Shown here piece after piece: positions 22,901 through 36,217 of a DNA stretch of 64,000 nt; the stretch's first letter is position 1; each line of letters opens with the position of its first letter. The stretch is from Camelus dromedarius (taxonomy: Eukaryota), in contig NC_087436.1 of the NCBI RefSeq assembly GCF_036321535.1, positions 43,836,001-43,900,000 on the forward strand, written 5' to 3'. Position numbers and translations under genes: made by a program. Below the pieces are notes generated by a model. It was not told the DNA's origin and did not search any database. It saw only the letters and a list, made by a program, of their open reading frames with translations.

Positions 22901-25224
22901 TGTTATTTGGAAAAGACCATGTCAAATGTCTAACAAAAGTGTTTAAATAGTCCCTCTCCTTTTTGGTGATTTGTGTAGGAAAAGAAGGTCAAATCTGGTG
23001 TTTGTCCCTGGCAGAGAAAACTTACATATTCCAGTGCTGTCATTTATTCTTAGAGAATATGTACAGAACATATAGCTGGCTATAGACAAGAAATGTTTAA
23101 AAATGTAGTTAGAAGTTACAAAAGAGAGCATTCTTCAATTTGAAATCCCTTTGACTAGAAAAATAGCCTTTAAGGAAGGACTTGTCGTGGCAAAATATGG
23201 GCAAAATGTAAACAAAGAAGACATTTCTAACAATGGTGTTGTTTAAAATTCATGAGAACCTAAGGGAAAACATAATTCTGTCTTTAAACTGTGTTATTTT
23301 TAGTGTAAGATCTAAATGGAAAAACACAAATTAAACTTTAAGATTATTTTAAGTTAAAAAAATTAATTAGAAAGCAATGAATTTTTCTTATGTTAATTTT
23401 AATTAATGCACTTAATCTAAAATTAAACAGTTTGATACTTACTTTTGTTTTCTTTTTGAAAATTACTTAAAAAAATAACAGTTACAAATTCAATTATTTA
23501 AGAAATACTTTTTTTCTGTAATATGATAAATATTTGCTTCAGTTTGGTAAATTAAGGGCTGCAATCCCAGCCTTCCATTGTGAACTCATTTCTGTATGGA
23601 GGTTCATTTAAAATTTTATTACGGTGTAGATCACACAATGGAATAACGGTGTTAATAACTTGATACTGTAGCTGCAGGATTTGCAACCTACTCTTATGAA
23701 GTTAACTGCCTCAGGGCCAGCGGCTGCTCATTCATTTCACCATATTTAAATCAATTGCTAAGGCAGTCAGACAATACATTGTGTGTCCATCTCTGGTAAT
23801 AAAATTGGGACCTCAAACAGCAGACGCTTGTACAAAGATTTAACAGCTCCCTCTTTTGGGATGGAGTCTTCTTTGTACCATCTTTTTCAGGAAGGTGCAT
23901 AGATGTAAAGTAACATTCATTTTCTGTCCTGTTAAATTCTCTGTTTTACCGCCGTATAGTTGAGACCAACTTTTTCAGCTTCTGTAAATCTCCCACTTAC
24001 TGCTTGAGGGGAATTCTTTTGTCTGGGCAGTGGAACAAGATAACTGACTTAATCTTCCTAGTAACACGTGAGTCGCCATGTATCATTTTAATCTGCAAAA
24101 CACTAGGGCTGAGTAGTGTCACATGCTGATTTTACTTTTCTATGAGAAAGTGACTCCCTGGTTCAATGATGGATTGCTTGTTCTCTTTAAACAACAGTCA
24201 AGATGGTGAATGCCCTGAGGTGATAGACAGGGTGTGCGATGGGAACAGGGGCCAATCTGATGGCCCGGTTCAAGTTCACCTGACAAAGCTGGAGCAGTCT
24301 GCAAGCAGCATTCGAGAAAGGATTATTCACACTGGCATTATGGTTTTGAATGCATTTTTCTCCTTGTGCAGCTGCAAAGCTCCCGTACACTGAAGGTTTA
24401 GGCACCATAATAAAGAGATTTATTTTTTTTTCTCTCAATTTCTCTTGCGTCTTACACTTTATACCTCGTTCCTACAGAACTGTTCAGGCAAAGGGCATCT
24501 GCATATGCAAACTGCACAGAGCAAGCATCATCTTCAAAACAATGGCAGTGTTGAAAGACAGTAACAAAAGCCTGACATTTCTGATGTCTGAAGGGACAGA
24601 AATTAAGTCTCCTCCGTTGAACTCAACTCCTGAAACTTAGCCTTTTACAATCCTGTCATTTCACAACTCTACACACAAAAGATTAAAGTAAAAATTAACT
24701 ATTTAGTTCAAATTAGAAAAACAATGATGGAGTTTTTCTAAAAATTGCTTGAAAATTTCCTAGTATCAATTTTGCTGTGAGAAATTAAAGAATAGGGGGA
24801 AGAAATTAGAAAAATGTAAGCACAACAAAGCAAAATAATTTTCCTTAAAAATATAGAGATGGGACTGACGGGAACTGCATCTATCTTTATGTCCTTCCAA
24901 CTTTCCATCTGTCCATCCACTTATCTACCACACCCCACCTTATTGCAGAATAGTTTTCTGAAGGCTGGAGAGCTCAGACATTCCTTACTTCTGTAATTAA
25001 GACATAATTTATTATTGCTTCTTGCCTTACATAGCAAGAGGTAGTTAGCTAATAAGTACTTATTGAGCATATAAAATGCATAAAATTACCATTGATATCT
25101 CATTCACTTACTCACTTATTCAAACTAAAATGAACTGACTACCAACTGCTAAGCAGACACTACACTAAGCAAGTGTGGGGGAGGTGGGGGAGTGCAAGGG
25201 GCACAAGACCGAGTTCAGGCCAGT

Positions 25225-25745
25225 GAGACAGACAGAGTCACCTCCAAGATGGCCTCTAATGACCCTGACTCTTGATATTCATGCCCTTTTGATCTCCTCC
25301 CACTCGGTCCCAGGGTTGGTCTGTGTGACTAACAGAAGCAGTGGTGTGTCACTTCTGAAGCCAGGTTCAGAAGACACTGTGACTTCTACGTCTCTCGTCC
25401 TTGGGTTCTTCATCTGGTTGAAGCTAGCCACAGTGCTGTCATACGGACAGGCCCACCTGGGGAAGAACTGAGGCCTCTGTCCGACAGCCATCAAAGATGA
25501 GGCCTCCTGCCCACAGCCGCGTGAGAAAGCTTGGAAGCAGACCCTCCAGTCCTTGTTAAGCTTTCAGTTGACGGCATCGCACTGACTTTCCGGCAGCAAC
25601 CTCAAGAGAGATTCTGAGTCAGCACTACCCAGCAAAGTCACTCCCCAGTTTCTGATCTCTAGTAACTTCAAGATGATAGATAAATGTTCCCAGCCTCTAA
25701 GTTTTGGGGTAATTTGTCACACGGCAATACATAAATAATACAGCA
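25225..25745 (+). mobile_element. MaLR LTR (MLT1F-like)
   Basis: ccaagatggcctctaatgaccc...aagcttggaagcagaccctcc...ctaagttttggggtaatttgtcacacggcaatacataaataataca. Confidence 0.75.
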
Positions 25746-26963
25746 GATAATTGTGATTCACCTCTAGGGTAGATAATACGACACAAGAGTATCTTAGCCT
25801 CCATGATGTCCACACAGGGATAGCTGCTCAGTCACCTGAGGAGACAAAGGAAGGGTAACTTACCTAGGCTGTGGAGGAGAGAATGAGAAGGAAGGACACC
25901 AGCGAGGATTTTCTGAAGAAGGTGTTGGTTGAGGTGAGTCTTCAAGGATGAGAAGACACAGGAGGTAACTGTTCCTGTAGGTAAAAGAGATGCAGGAAAA
26001 CACTCACCAAGAGACAAAGCATCTTTGTTCCAGGGTGGGAGGAGGCAGAGTGGACTGCAAACCAACACTATGAGCAGTTCCGAGTTCCTAGAGAGTCTGT
26101 TACAAGACTGGGAGTAGTGATGGGCAAAAGGAGAAAGCCCTGTGTGCTCACCCAATAATGTGGACTTTCTATTGGAAAAGAGAATCATTTGAATTCCTTA
26201 TTCAATACTATTTTTTGGTATAAGTAATACATGCTTATTGCAAGAAACTTGGAAAATATAGATGATAAAGAAGAAAATAAAATTCACTACCACAAATTCA
26301 CTAGCCAGAGAAGAATGCAATGAACATTTTTATATATTATACACATATTACCTTTTCTATTTACATGTACATATATACTGAAATTGTGATCAATACTATA
26401 AATGCTATTTTATAGACTGCTTTTTTACTTTAAATTTTATAATTTAAATTAAGCATTTTAATTATAACTAAATATTTTTGAAAGTATACAATTTAAATGG
26501 ATGAATAGTTAGCCACATAGATGAATTATAATATATAAAACTATTTCTGTGCTGTTGAAAAATTATTTCATTTTTTACTATCATAAGTAAAGTTATGAAA
26601 GACATGCTTGCATATAAACATTTGTTCACATTTCTAATTATTTCCTCACTAGAGATTTGTAGAAGAAGAATTACTGGGTCCAAGAATGAACATTACATAT
26701 TGTCAAGTTCCTTTCCATAAGAGGTGTCATAATTGACATTCCCTTCATCAGTTATAAGAGAGTTTCTTCCAACCTTTCCAGAATTAAGTATTATCTTTTA
26801 ACATATGTGCAATTTGATGAGTGAAAATATTTCCTTTTTTGTGTGAATTCACTATTCACATCCTTTGTTTATTTTTTCCCTCCTTGTTTGTTAGTGTTTC
26901 ATGGTAGGATTTCAAGCAAGTTAAGGATATTATAAAATTTGTGTTTAAGAAAGATCGCTAGTG

Positions 26964-27106
26964 GGGGGAGGAGATAGCTCAAATGGTAAAAAGTGCATGC
27001 TTAGCACGCATGAGGTCCTGGGTTCAATCCCTAGTACTTCTTCTAAAAAATAAATAAGTCTAATTACCTTCCCCACATTAAAAAAAAATTAAAAAAACAA
27101 ACAAAA
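26964..27106 (+). mobile_element. tRNA-derived SINE (camelid Vic-1-like) with target-site duplication
   Basis: A-box tagctcaaatggt, B-box gggttcaatccc and an A-rich tail, flanked by a 17-bp TSD aagaaagatc[g/a]ctagtg at 26947-26963 and 27107-27123. Confidence 0.9.
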
Positions 27107-27654
27107 AAGAAAGATCACTAGTGTCTTAAAGGAAGATGTAGGGCAACACTGGAGTCAGATATCATGCAGACCTCAGATAAGGTTCTGGTCATAGGGACAG
27201 AGAAAGAAAGAAATTCAAGAAGAGCTAGACTGAAGGACTCAACAGAGAATTTCCTCACATTATTACCTACGTACCTACTCGTGCCCATGCGCACTGCACT
27301 CAGGACTCTGCCATCTCACCTGTTACCATGGATGAATTCTCCGTGCTTTCCCTCCATCTACTTTCCCTCCATCTGTATCCTGGATTCCATCCCTCTCACC
27401 TACTCAAAGGCACTGCATCAACAATTCTCCACACTGTTTCCCCTATATCATCATTTCTTCAATCTCTTCTGTTACTCTCTCATCAATATGCTGTCATTTC
27501 TCCCACTTATAAAAAAATTCTGTATCTCTCTTGATTTCAATTCTTCCAACTACCCACCATGTAGTTTTTATTTTTCCTATTACAGCAAAATGCACAGAGT
27601 ATTCTAAACACTCTGCCTCCCATTCTTTTCCTCACTCCTCTTTTAAACCCTTTT

Positions 27655-28217
27655 GTGTAAATACATGCAAAGGTAACCCTCAATGGATCACACCCTTGTG
27701 TAATTCCCTCCCCTTGAAAGTGGATTTAAGTTTTAAGTGGCTTTTATTCATTAGAATAGACTCTGAGTTAGGTTATGTTACATAAAACTCCCTCTTAACC
27801 TGCTGGAATGGAGAGGATGGTCTCCTGCGGGTCTTCAAGAGGCTCAGCTAAGGAGAGGGGCAGAGAGGGGCCGTAAGATGGTTCCCACAGCAAGAAGCAG
27901 CAGGTGGCCTCCAGGAGCAGTGAGTGGACCTCAGCCTGCAAAAAAAAAAAAGAGGAACTCAACCCTAGAAGTGTTAAGGAGATGAATTTTACAACAACCT
28001 AGTGAGCTTGGCAGTGCAGCCTTCCCTTGCCAAGCCTCCAGAGGAGAATGCGGTCTGGCCAACACCTTGATTCCAGGCCAGGGAGACACTGAGCAGAGGA
28101 CCAACTAAGCTGCACTCAGACTTCTGACCCAGGGAAAGTGTGACAGGATAATGCATGTCTCTCTGAGCTGCTAGGCCTGTAGCAACTAGTTAGGTAGCAA
28201 CAGAAAACGAATACACG
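27655..28217 (+). mobile_element. MaLR LTR (MLT1E-like)
   Basis: acacccttgtgtaattccctccccttgaa...caacaacctagtgagcttgg...gccaacaccttgatt...gtagcaacagaaaacgaataca. Confidence 0.75.
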
Positions 28218-29312
28218 TTTCCATTCAAGCCCTCACCCCAGTACTCAGCTACATTTGCAGGGAACTCACACTGCTAACCTCAGCAGTGCAATTCACGGCC
28301 CTCATCCTACCTGTCAGCATTTGACGCAAGGGATCATGCCCTCCTTGATTTGCTTTCCTCACTTGACTGAGAGGGTTTCCTCTCCTTCACTCTCCTGTTC
28401 TCCTAGAATCCCCACCAGTGATGCTAGACCTTCTTCCTTCCTCCTAATCTCGTGTTCTCTTTTATATTTTCTATCCCTTTATCTTTCTGCTGCATTTTGG
28501 TTAATTTCTTCACATTTCCCTTCCATTTTAATAACCCTTTCTTGAACTATGCCTAATCAGCTGTTTAACCTTTCTATTAAATTATAAATATCAGTGACTA
28601 TTTTTCATTATTGAGAAAGTCTGCTTGGCTCTTTTTAAACCCAGCTGGACTTTTTTTTTTTTTTTTTTGTATTTATACAAAGTTTTAAAGTATTTAAAGA
28701 ACTAATACTGGATATTTATTGTTACTTTTATATAAAATATTAATGTATAATTAATTTTATAATTATATAAAAGTAAATGTGTAACAACATTAAGGGGAAT
28801 GACAACCAACAATTTCTGGGCAGTGATTGCCTCTTGGATGGAGGAGGAGGTAGGGGTCAGGGAAGGATCTATTGAAGGATTCAACAGTAGTATTACATTT
28901 AATTTCTTAAGCCAGATCTATGTGTGTTGGTGTAAATACATAACAATTTTAAAAGATTTTAAAAATGTTATTTTTCTGGAAATTCCTCTCAATAGTTCTA
29001 TTTCTGCCTTTTATAATACAGAGATATGCATTGTTTCAAAACCTTTATTCCTTTCAAATTCCTGGCTTTGTTAGTCTCATCTCACTTAGCAAGTAGCCTA
29101 GCCTTTTGACTTCACAGAGAAAAGTGTGCTCTGACATACAGTCTCTAATAACTTCTTTTTCTATTACCTCCAATTTCCAGTTTCTTCACCCATTGTTACT
29201 TTTTAAGTAGAGATATCCATATTTCTTTGTAATGTGTCACCAAAAACCATATGTAACAAAGTATGTAAACATCCTGACCTTTTTTTTTTTCTTTCTGATT
29301 TCATCTTCTACA

Positions 29313-29537
29313 AGAAGGGTTGACAAACATTTTTTGTAAGGGGCCATATAGGAAATATTCTTGACTTTGTGGGACATACAGTCTCGGACACAACGGTTCA
29401 GCTGTGCCATTGTAATACAAAATCAGCCAAAGACAGTACCTAAATGAATGACCGTGGCTGTGCTGCAGTGAAACTTTATTTACAAAAACAGACGGCAGCA
29501 GGATTTGACCCACAGGCCATAGTTTGCTGGGCCCTAT
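29313..29537. mobile_element. MER58A-like hAT DNA transposon
   Basis: agggttgacaaacattttttgtaagggg...gtgaaactttatttacaaaaacag...ggatttgacccacaggccatagtttgct, with imperfect terminal inverted repeats. Confidence 0.85.
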
Positions 29538-30224
29538 TCTACAACATCCCAAAGGTCACTCTGTCTGTTAACGGCTCTTTGTGCTGCCAGCAATCTCTTT
29601 TCACTGTCCTCAGTCCCTCACCCAATACATAATTCTATTTCTTCTTGGTTTTTCTGCAGGATTTTACATTGTGGAACACTCCTTATATTCATTTCTGATT
29701 TGTTTGATATAAATCTTGGTTTTCATCTAGGATTTTTCTTGGCATTTTTTCCTTTATATGACCTTACATTTAAAAATTTTTTTATGGAGATTTAAAAGTA
29801 TATACAAAAGAGGAAAGACTAAGTATAATGGATCCCTATGTACCCACCTCCAAACTTCAACACTATCAAGAAAGAGCCAAGCTTCTTTCACTTCTTCCTC
29901 CACTTTTTTTGATTTTAGTATTTTTTAAAGACATCACTTTGTTAGTTTTATCTAACACTCAGTACACATTAAAAATCCCTAATTGTCCCCCAAATGTTAT
30001 TTTATTATTGATTTATAGCCCCACTTTTACTGATGATTGAGGTGTAGGTAGCATTGTCTTGATTCCTCTAACATAAAGTTCGCCATCAACTATTCTCCTA
30101 ATAGTTTCAGCAGCTATCAGTGATTTTTACCTAGGGCCATTAATTCATCCAAGGATACAATATGATAATTTCCTAATTCTATCATTCCTTCTATGTTTAC
30201 TAACTAGAATTCTTCTATAATAGT

Positions 30225-31080
30225 CTATAGGGTAAAAACAAAACAGAACAAAAACCTCTTCATGTTCCCCTTTTATTCATATACACTACTACCACACTCA
30301 CATTTCTGACTCCAGATGTGTCATTTTTTCCCACACCAACCAATTCTCTGACACCAGCTGGATGTCCGATAATTCAACTCAGTTCTGACACTACCTGCAG
30401 TTAGTATCGGATCCCACAGATTAGGGGCCCAGTCTCACAAGCCTGCCTTTACTGCAGATGCCAATTCCAAGTCCCAAGTTGTTACCTGTACTTCAGACTG
30501 AATGGCTACAAATTAGCATTCCCATGACCCACTTCTAGGGCTACATACTATTCTAGATTGGCTCACAGAACTGAGGGAAACACTTATGTATCTCAGTTTA
30601 TTATAAGAGGATTTGATGAAGGCTAATAGATGAACATTCAGATAGAAGAGATGCACAGGGCAAGGGATAGGGCAGTGGAGGGGAAGAAGTGCTGACACAG
30701 AGCTTCCATGCCCTCTTTTGGAGGATGACCCTCCCGTACCTCCATGTGTTCAGCAACCTAGACGTTCTCCGAGCTTTGTACTTATGGGATTTTTATGGAG
30801 GCTTCATCATGTAGGCATTCTCAATCATTAACTCAATCTCCAGCCCCTCTTCCCTTCCCAGAGGATGGGGAGTGGGGGTAAAATTTCCAAGCTTCTAATC
30901 ATGGCTTGGTTTTTCTGGTGATCAGTCCTCATTCTGAAGCTCTCCAGGAGCTCACCAAGAGTCATCTCATTAGAACAAGACACACTCCTATCACCAGAAA
31001 ATTCCAAGGGATTTAGGAGCTCTCTGCCAGGAACCAGGGGCAGATATATATATATATATACACACACTCCCCCCCCACAA
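30225..31080. mobile_element. MER21-like LTR inserted within old L1 sequence
   Basis: caattctctgacaccagctggatgtccgataattcaactcagttctgacact...ccaagggatttaggagctctctgccaggaaccagggg; L1-like flanks at about 29770-30220 and 31090-31370. Confidence 0.7.
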
Positions 31081-31627
31081 ATGTTGGACGGGGTTTGGGT
31101 AGTGAGCAAATTTGCTTGTTCTCTTTCTCAAATGGAAAATTTTAACTGCTTCACTATTAATTATAATTTTGCTGCTTAAAAAAGTTAAAATATCCTTTAT
31201 CAGATTCAGAGAGTTTTCTTTTATGCCTAGTTTGCAAAGAGCTTTTTTAACCATAAGTTGATTTTCAATGTTATTAAATGATTTTTCTACATCTTTGAGA
31301 TTATAATACAATTTTCCTCCTTTATTTTGTTAATAGGATGAATTTTTAAAATTTCTTTAATAAACTTTAGTTTGGGTTCCTCAAGAAGCAAATGCCAAGA
31401 AAAGAACAGACATATACATCTATGGGGAGAAATGCCTGTCAAGGGTAAATGGGAGGGAACAGCAGTATGCAGGGAGACCATGATGGAAGTCAGACACTGT
31501 GAACACAGAGGCAAACAGAGGAGGACTGGGCAGGAAGAGTCTCAGCACAGACTATCGCAGAGTTCCAAGAAGTTCTGGTCAGCCCAGTGGGAAGATTTTG
31601 TGCACAGTCACCTGTTAGAAGTATTTT

Positions 31628-31762
31628 TTAAAAATTTTTTTGTGAGGGAGAGGTAATTAGGTTTATTTATTTTATTATTTCTTAGTGGAGGTACCAGGGA
31701 TTGAACCTAGGACCTCGTGCATGCCAAGCAGGCACTCTACCACTGAGCTATACCCTGCCCCC
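31628..31762 (-). mobile_element. tRNA-derived SINE (Vic-1-like)
   Basis: Reverse complement reads ggggcagggtatagctcagtggtagagtgcctgcttggcatgcacgaggtcctaggttcaatccctggtacctcc; degenerate TSD ct[g/a]ttaga[a/g]gtatttt at 31612-31627 and 31764-31779. Confidence 0.9.
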
Positions 31763-32564
31763 TCTATTAGAGGTATTTTGAGCCTGCATCCTTGCCTTAC
31801 TGAGTCATTAGCTGAGCACCCCGGGGGAGCATGACTTTGCTGTGAACACAGTGGTGGACCCAGAGAGGTGCAAGCTGGGGGTGTCAGTTAACTATACTCC
31901 CAATAGCAGGAGATCTGAATGGTTCTCCCGTGCTCCGTTTGCAGCTGTGAACAGACATGAGCAGTGACCTCAAACTGAGAAAGTTATAACTATCTAGAAT
32001 TCAGAACCTTCATGTATGTAGGTCTGAGTCACACCACTAGGTAAGGCACTGACACTTGCTGAGGTGATAGTTAAGGGTAAGGGAAATTTAGAATGAATAG
32101 TGGAGGAGAGAGAGTGTGTGTATCAGTTGTAGCCCCAAAGACTAACTGCAGTATAGGAATAGCTCACCAGTCTCCTTTTTGTAAACTTCTTTCAGCGAGA
32201 TCGTGGAGGAGCTGCTCCCAAACCCATGTGAAGCAGCAGATCTGTGTTGTGCAAGGGCGGACTGTGGTGGCCATCAAAATACACCATTCTTCCCTCATAC
32301 TTCTCACAACTGTAAATGCACTAGAAGAAAATATGGGAGGATTAATAATAAAGACACCCAGAGTAGGGAAGGTCTACGTACAACATACAACCTAGAAGTC
32401 ATAAAAGACTGATGAATTCAACCAAATAAAACAAATTCTGCATGGGAAAAAGTTTCACACAAAGGCAAAGGTCAAAAGACAAAAAAAAAACACTGGAATT
32501 CATATCACAAAGGCCTGAATTCTTTAATATATACAAACAACTCCTAAATCAGTAAGAAAAACAC

Positions 32565-32946
32565 CAGTAGTTATCAGTCTTGACAGATAGTGACAAAAAG
32601 CTCCAAAATCTCGATGGCTTAAGCCAGAAAAGTTTATTTCTCATACGCGCTCTGTGTCCGTCAGTTGGGTCTCTTTCCCATGCTTTCCTCATTGTAGGAC
32701 TTATGCTGATGAGCAGCTGTCTCCTGGCGTATTCTTGGTAATTGCGGCACAGGGAAAGAGACTCTGCAGGGTGCACTGGCAATTCAATATGGGCCTGAAA
32801 GAGATCCTCATCAATTCCTCTCACAAGCCATAGGCCAGCCCCATGGCCCGACCTAAACCTAAAGGGACCAGGCTGTGCCATAATCTGTGTGCCTGGAAGG
32901 AGAGGAGAGCCGGCACTGGTCAGCAGCACTAAGTGGTCATTACCAC
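32565..32946 (-). mobile_element. MaLR LTR (MLT1J/K-like) immediately downstream of the ALPK1 stop
   Basis: + strand ccaaaatctcgatggcttaagccagaaaagtttatttctc is the reverse complement of an MLT1 3' end; the other end reads cagcactaagtggtcattaccac. Confidence 0.7.
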
Positions 32947-32956
32947 TCCAGAGAGT

Positions 32957-33156
32957 CTACGAATTATTTGGTTTCTCAGTTGAAGGCCTTGTCAAAGAAA
33001 GACGATGGCATATTTCATTACATTCCACATGCTGGTTATTAAAGAAGTAAAAAATTCCTCTCTTTCCAAAGTTGGTAGTGACATCTTTCTGATCAACAGA
33101 GTGAATCTGGGGGTCTGTGAGGTAGATGAGCCCTTTTCCATTACCTGTCACCCAAC
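32957..33156 (-). CDS. ALPK1: ALPK1 last coding exon (alpha-kinase C-terminus)
   Basis: tttcag|[28 protein letters not shown]...NFGKRG...[24 protein letters not shown]; alpha-kinase LTDPQIH, Gly-rich and CxxxC zinc motifs. Confidence 0.95.
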
Positions 33157-34341
33157 CTGAAAGAGAAATACATATGTCTGAGAAGTAGATCCTCTATGAA
33201 TGTCAACAAAGTGTTTCAGAAGAAAATACAATATATACATTTAAATAGACACTTGAAAAACTTCGTCATCCTGTGGTTTATGATTGATAAATTTCTATTA
33301 AGGGATTTGGTGTTGCATATTCCAACGACTGGTTTAAGAAGAAGAACTGAATATCGGGTAATTAAATTTGTCAAATACGACGTACCCAGACCACCAATTT
33401 TCAGGTATTAGAGAGCAGTAACATTCACTTAGTGAAATTATTAAATCACAATATTGAATATTTCTTTCCTAATTCAGAAGTTTCTTTAATGCCTTACTCA
33501 TTAATTCATATATTCCTCTGTTCATTTAACAAATATTTATTGGGTGTATATACTATACAAAACACTGTTTTGGTCACTGGAGATACAGCAGTGAACAAGT
33601 TAGTAAAAAAAACTCTGTCCTCATTGATGTAACGTTCTCATGAAGAGGGACAGACAGACAACACAGGTAAGCAGAATATGTAATATGACGGAGAGTGATG
33701 GTAAATGCTATGGAAGGGAGATACAAAAGATCTTGGAGGATGGTCACAGAGTCATTACTAGAAACAATTATGATAAAACTCATTTATTATTTAAATAAAG
33801 TATAGGATAATGGCTAATAATTCTGACAAATAAAATAACAAACTAAAACAAGATTAAAATGTTAATGTAGATTTTAAAGGAAGTCAGATTCCAGCACACA
33901 CAGCTTTCTGTTCCGTAATGATCCCAATTATGAAACCCAATCATCACACCCGTAATAAAGGGAAAGGGCTGGAGGAAAGAAAGTGTGGAAACATTCTGAC
34001 ACATTTAAACATGCAATCACTCAAAAGAAACCTGCATCACTCAAAACCACTTCAGTGAAATTTTAAAAAGCTGTTATGGATTTGCTCTAGAATGAAGCCC
34101 AGCAGAATATGAGCCAGATCTTCTCCTGATTGCTGGATACCTTAGCCACCTGTAGAAGTTGTAAAATTGGGGGTGGGGGGGTCATCTTTTGCTGTATACA
34201 GGAAAATCAATTAATTTAGTTCCAAGTAGTAGCCTACACACCAAACAATCTATTAAATAATGATCAGCACAGCTAGTTACAAAACCTCACATTTACATAT
34301 AAATAATAGTAAAAAATAAAAATATTCCCAGTTTCACATAC

Positions 34342-34528
34342 CTTGCAAGTCAACCACAACATCTTTATGATTAGAAAACTCATAAGAAAAATGGCCATAA
34401 GCCAAGCCATATTCTGTGGCTTTGAATTCTGTTTTCACCACTTTCGTGTTATTTGATAATTTCACAAATTCTCCCAGTATGTAAGGTTCCACACTGATAC
34501 ATCCTTTTATTGTTTTGCCCTCTAAAAT
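34342..34528 (-). CDS. ALPK1: ALPK1 coding exon (187 nt, kinase domain)
   Basis: cag|ATT...CAA G|gtatg; [27 protein letters not shown]...[21 protein letters not shown]. Confidence 0.96.
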
Positions 34529-35312
34529 CTGAAAAATAGAAACAGGAAGCAGTATAACATAACGGTGAAGGCCACGGGCTTTGAGGTCAGTAGATCTCGC
34601 TTTGAACGCAGGCTTTGCCATTTAGGAGCTTTGTTACTCCTCCAGACTTTGGTTTCCTTATTTGTAAAGAGGGTGTAGTGATAGCTACCTTACAGGACTG
34701 TTAAAAAGATTAAACGAGACAATACATGTAAAGTCATTAACATGTATCTGGCATATAATAGAACTTAAAATTTCTATTATTCTTTTATTAAAATGTGCAC
34801 ATAAAAATCAGGCCATGAAGTGACCTGCCCTAGGGGCTGGCTTATTAGGGCATGTAGCTGGATCACGGACCGAGACTCTGGGTTGCCGTATCAGCTCAAG
34901 CATTTCTCTGCAATGTGATCTACTTTGTAGAGTTGTTTCAAAGGTCAGAATTAATGTTTGTTTGTTTGTTAAATGCCCAGCATAGTGCTTCACATAAAGA
35001 AAGTGCAAAACAGATGACAGCTACTATTAAATAAATAATAAAATATGGATCTAAAAATACCTCTGGCCAAAGTAGAAAAACAGAATAAGCTAAGAGCTAA
35101 GCTAAGCTAACAACTTAATCCAAAGAAGAGAAAAGTCAGTGGGGATGGTTGCCTTTGTATATTTAAATAGATAGATATATTAGTGAAGAGAGATTGATCT
35201 CAATGGTCCCAGAAGGCAGAGTTGTTAATTCATAGGTAGAAATTAGAAAAAGACAGATTTGGCTCAAATTTAAGAACTTCCTAACCATTAGAATTATTTG
35301 AAAGTAAGAAGA

Positions 35313-35401
35313 GAGGAGGTGAGTATAGCTCAGTGGTAGAGCACATGTTTAGCATGCATAAGGTCCCAGGTTCAATCGCCAGTACCTCCATTAAAAAAAA
35401 A
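35313..35401 (+). mobile_element. Short tRNA-derived SINE (Vic-1-like, head plus A-tail only)
   Basis: gagtatagctcagtggtagagcacatgtttagcatgcataaggtcccaggttcaatcgccagtacctcca followed by an A-run. Confidence 0.85.
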
Positions 35402-35804
35402 GACAATAATCATTTTTTTCTCTCTGAAGGTGTTTAAGCTATGGCTTAGTTATCACTTGATTGCAAGGGGGATCAACAGGTATAAAATGGGATTTATGCA
35501 TCATGTTGAGGGAATAACTTGTATTAGATATGAACTTTAGGATCTTTTCTCCCTTTTTGAAAGTACAAAGACAAAACAAGGGAAAAGGATATTAAAAATG
35601 CTAACCTGATCATATGGGACCAGATACCAGTGTGACTTGGAGATTCCAGTTGATGCATACAGGGTACAGAGGGTCGCATTTCTTACTTATCTTACAAGTA
35701 GGTGAAATAGATGAAGGAGGCTGATAACTGAGTTTATTGAATTTTATCAGAATGGTGGTGGAGGTAGGTGAATGGTAGGTTGACAACAGAAATCTAACCT
35801 ATTA

Positions 35805-36131
<327 letters not shown>

Positions 36132-36217
36132 TTAGTCAGTATTAATTATCTTATCTCATGACTCAAATAATTTTTAAGAGCCACCTGAACGATGGAACAC
36201 AATTCATACTAGCCGAC

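Noticed and set aside
35313..35390. Possible tRNA gene
   Set aside because: Followed by an A-tail, imperfect stems, and the same head as the two TSD-flanked SINEs; it is a SINE.
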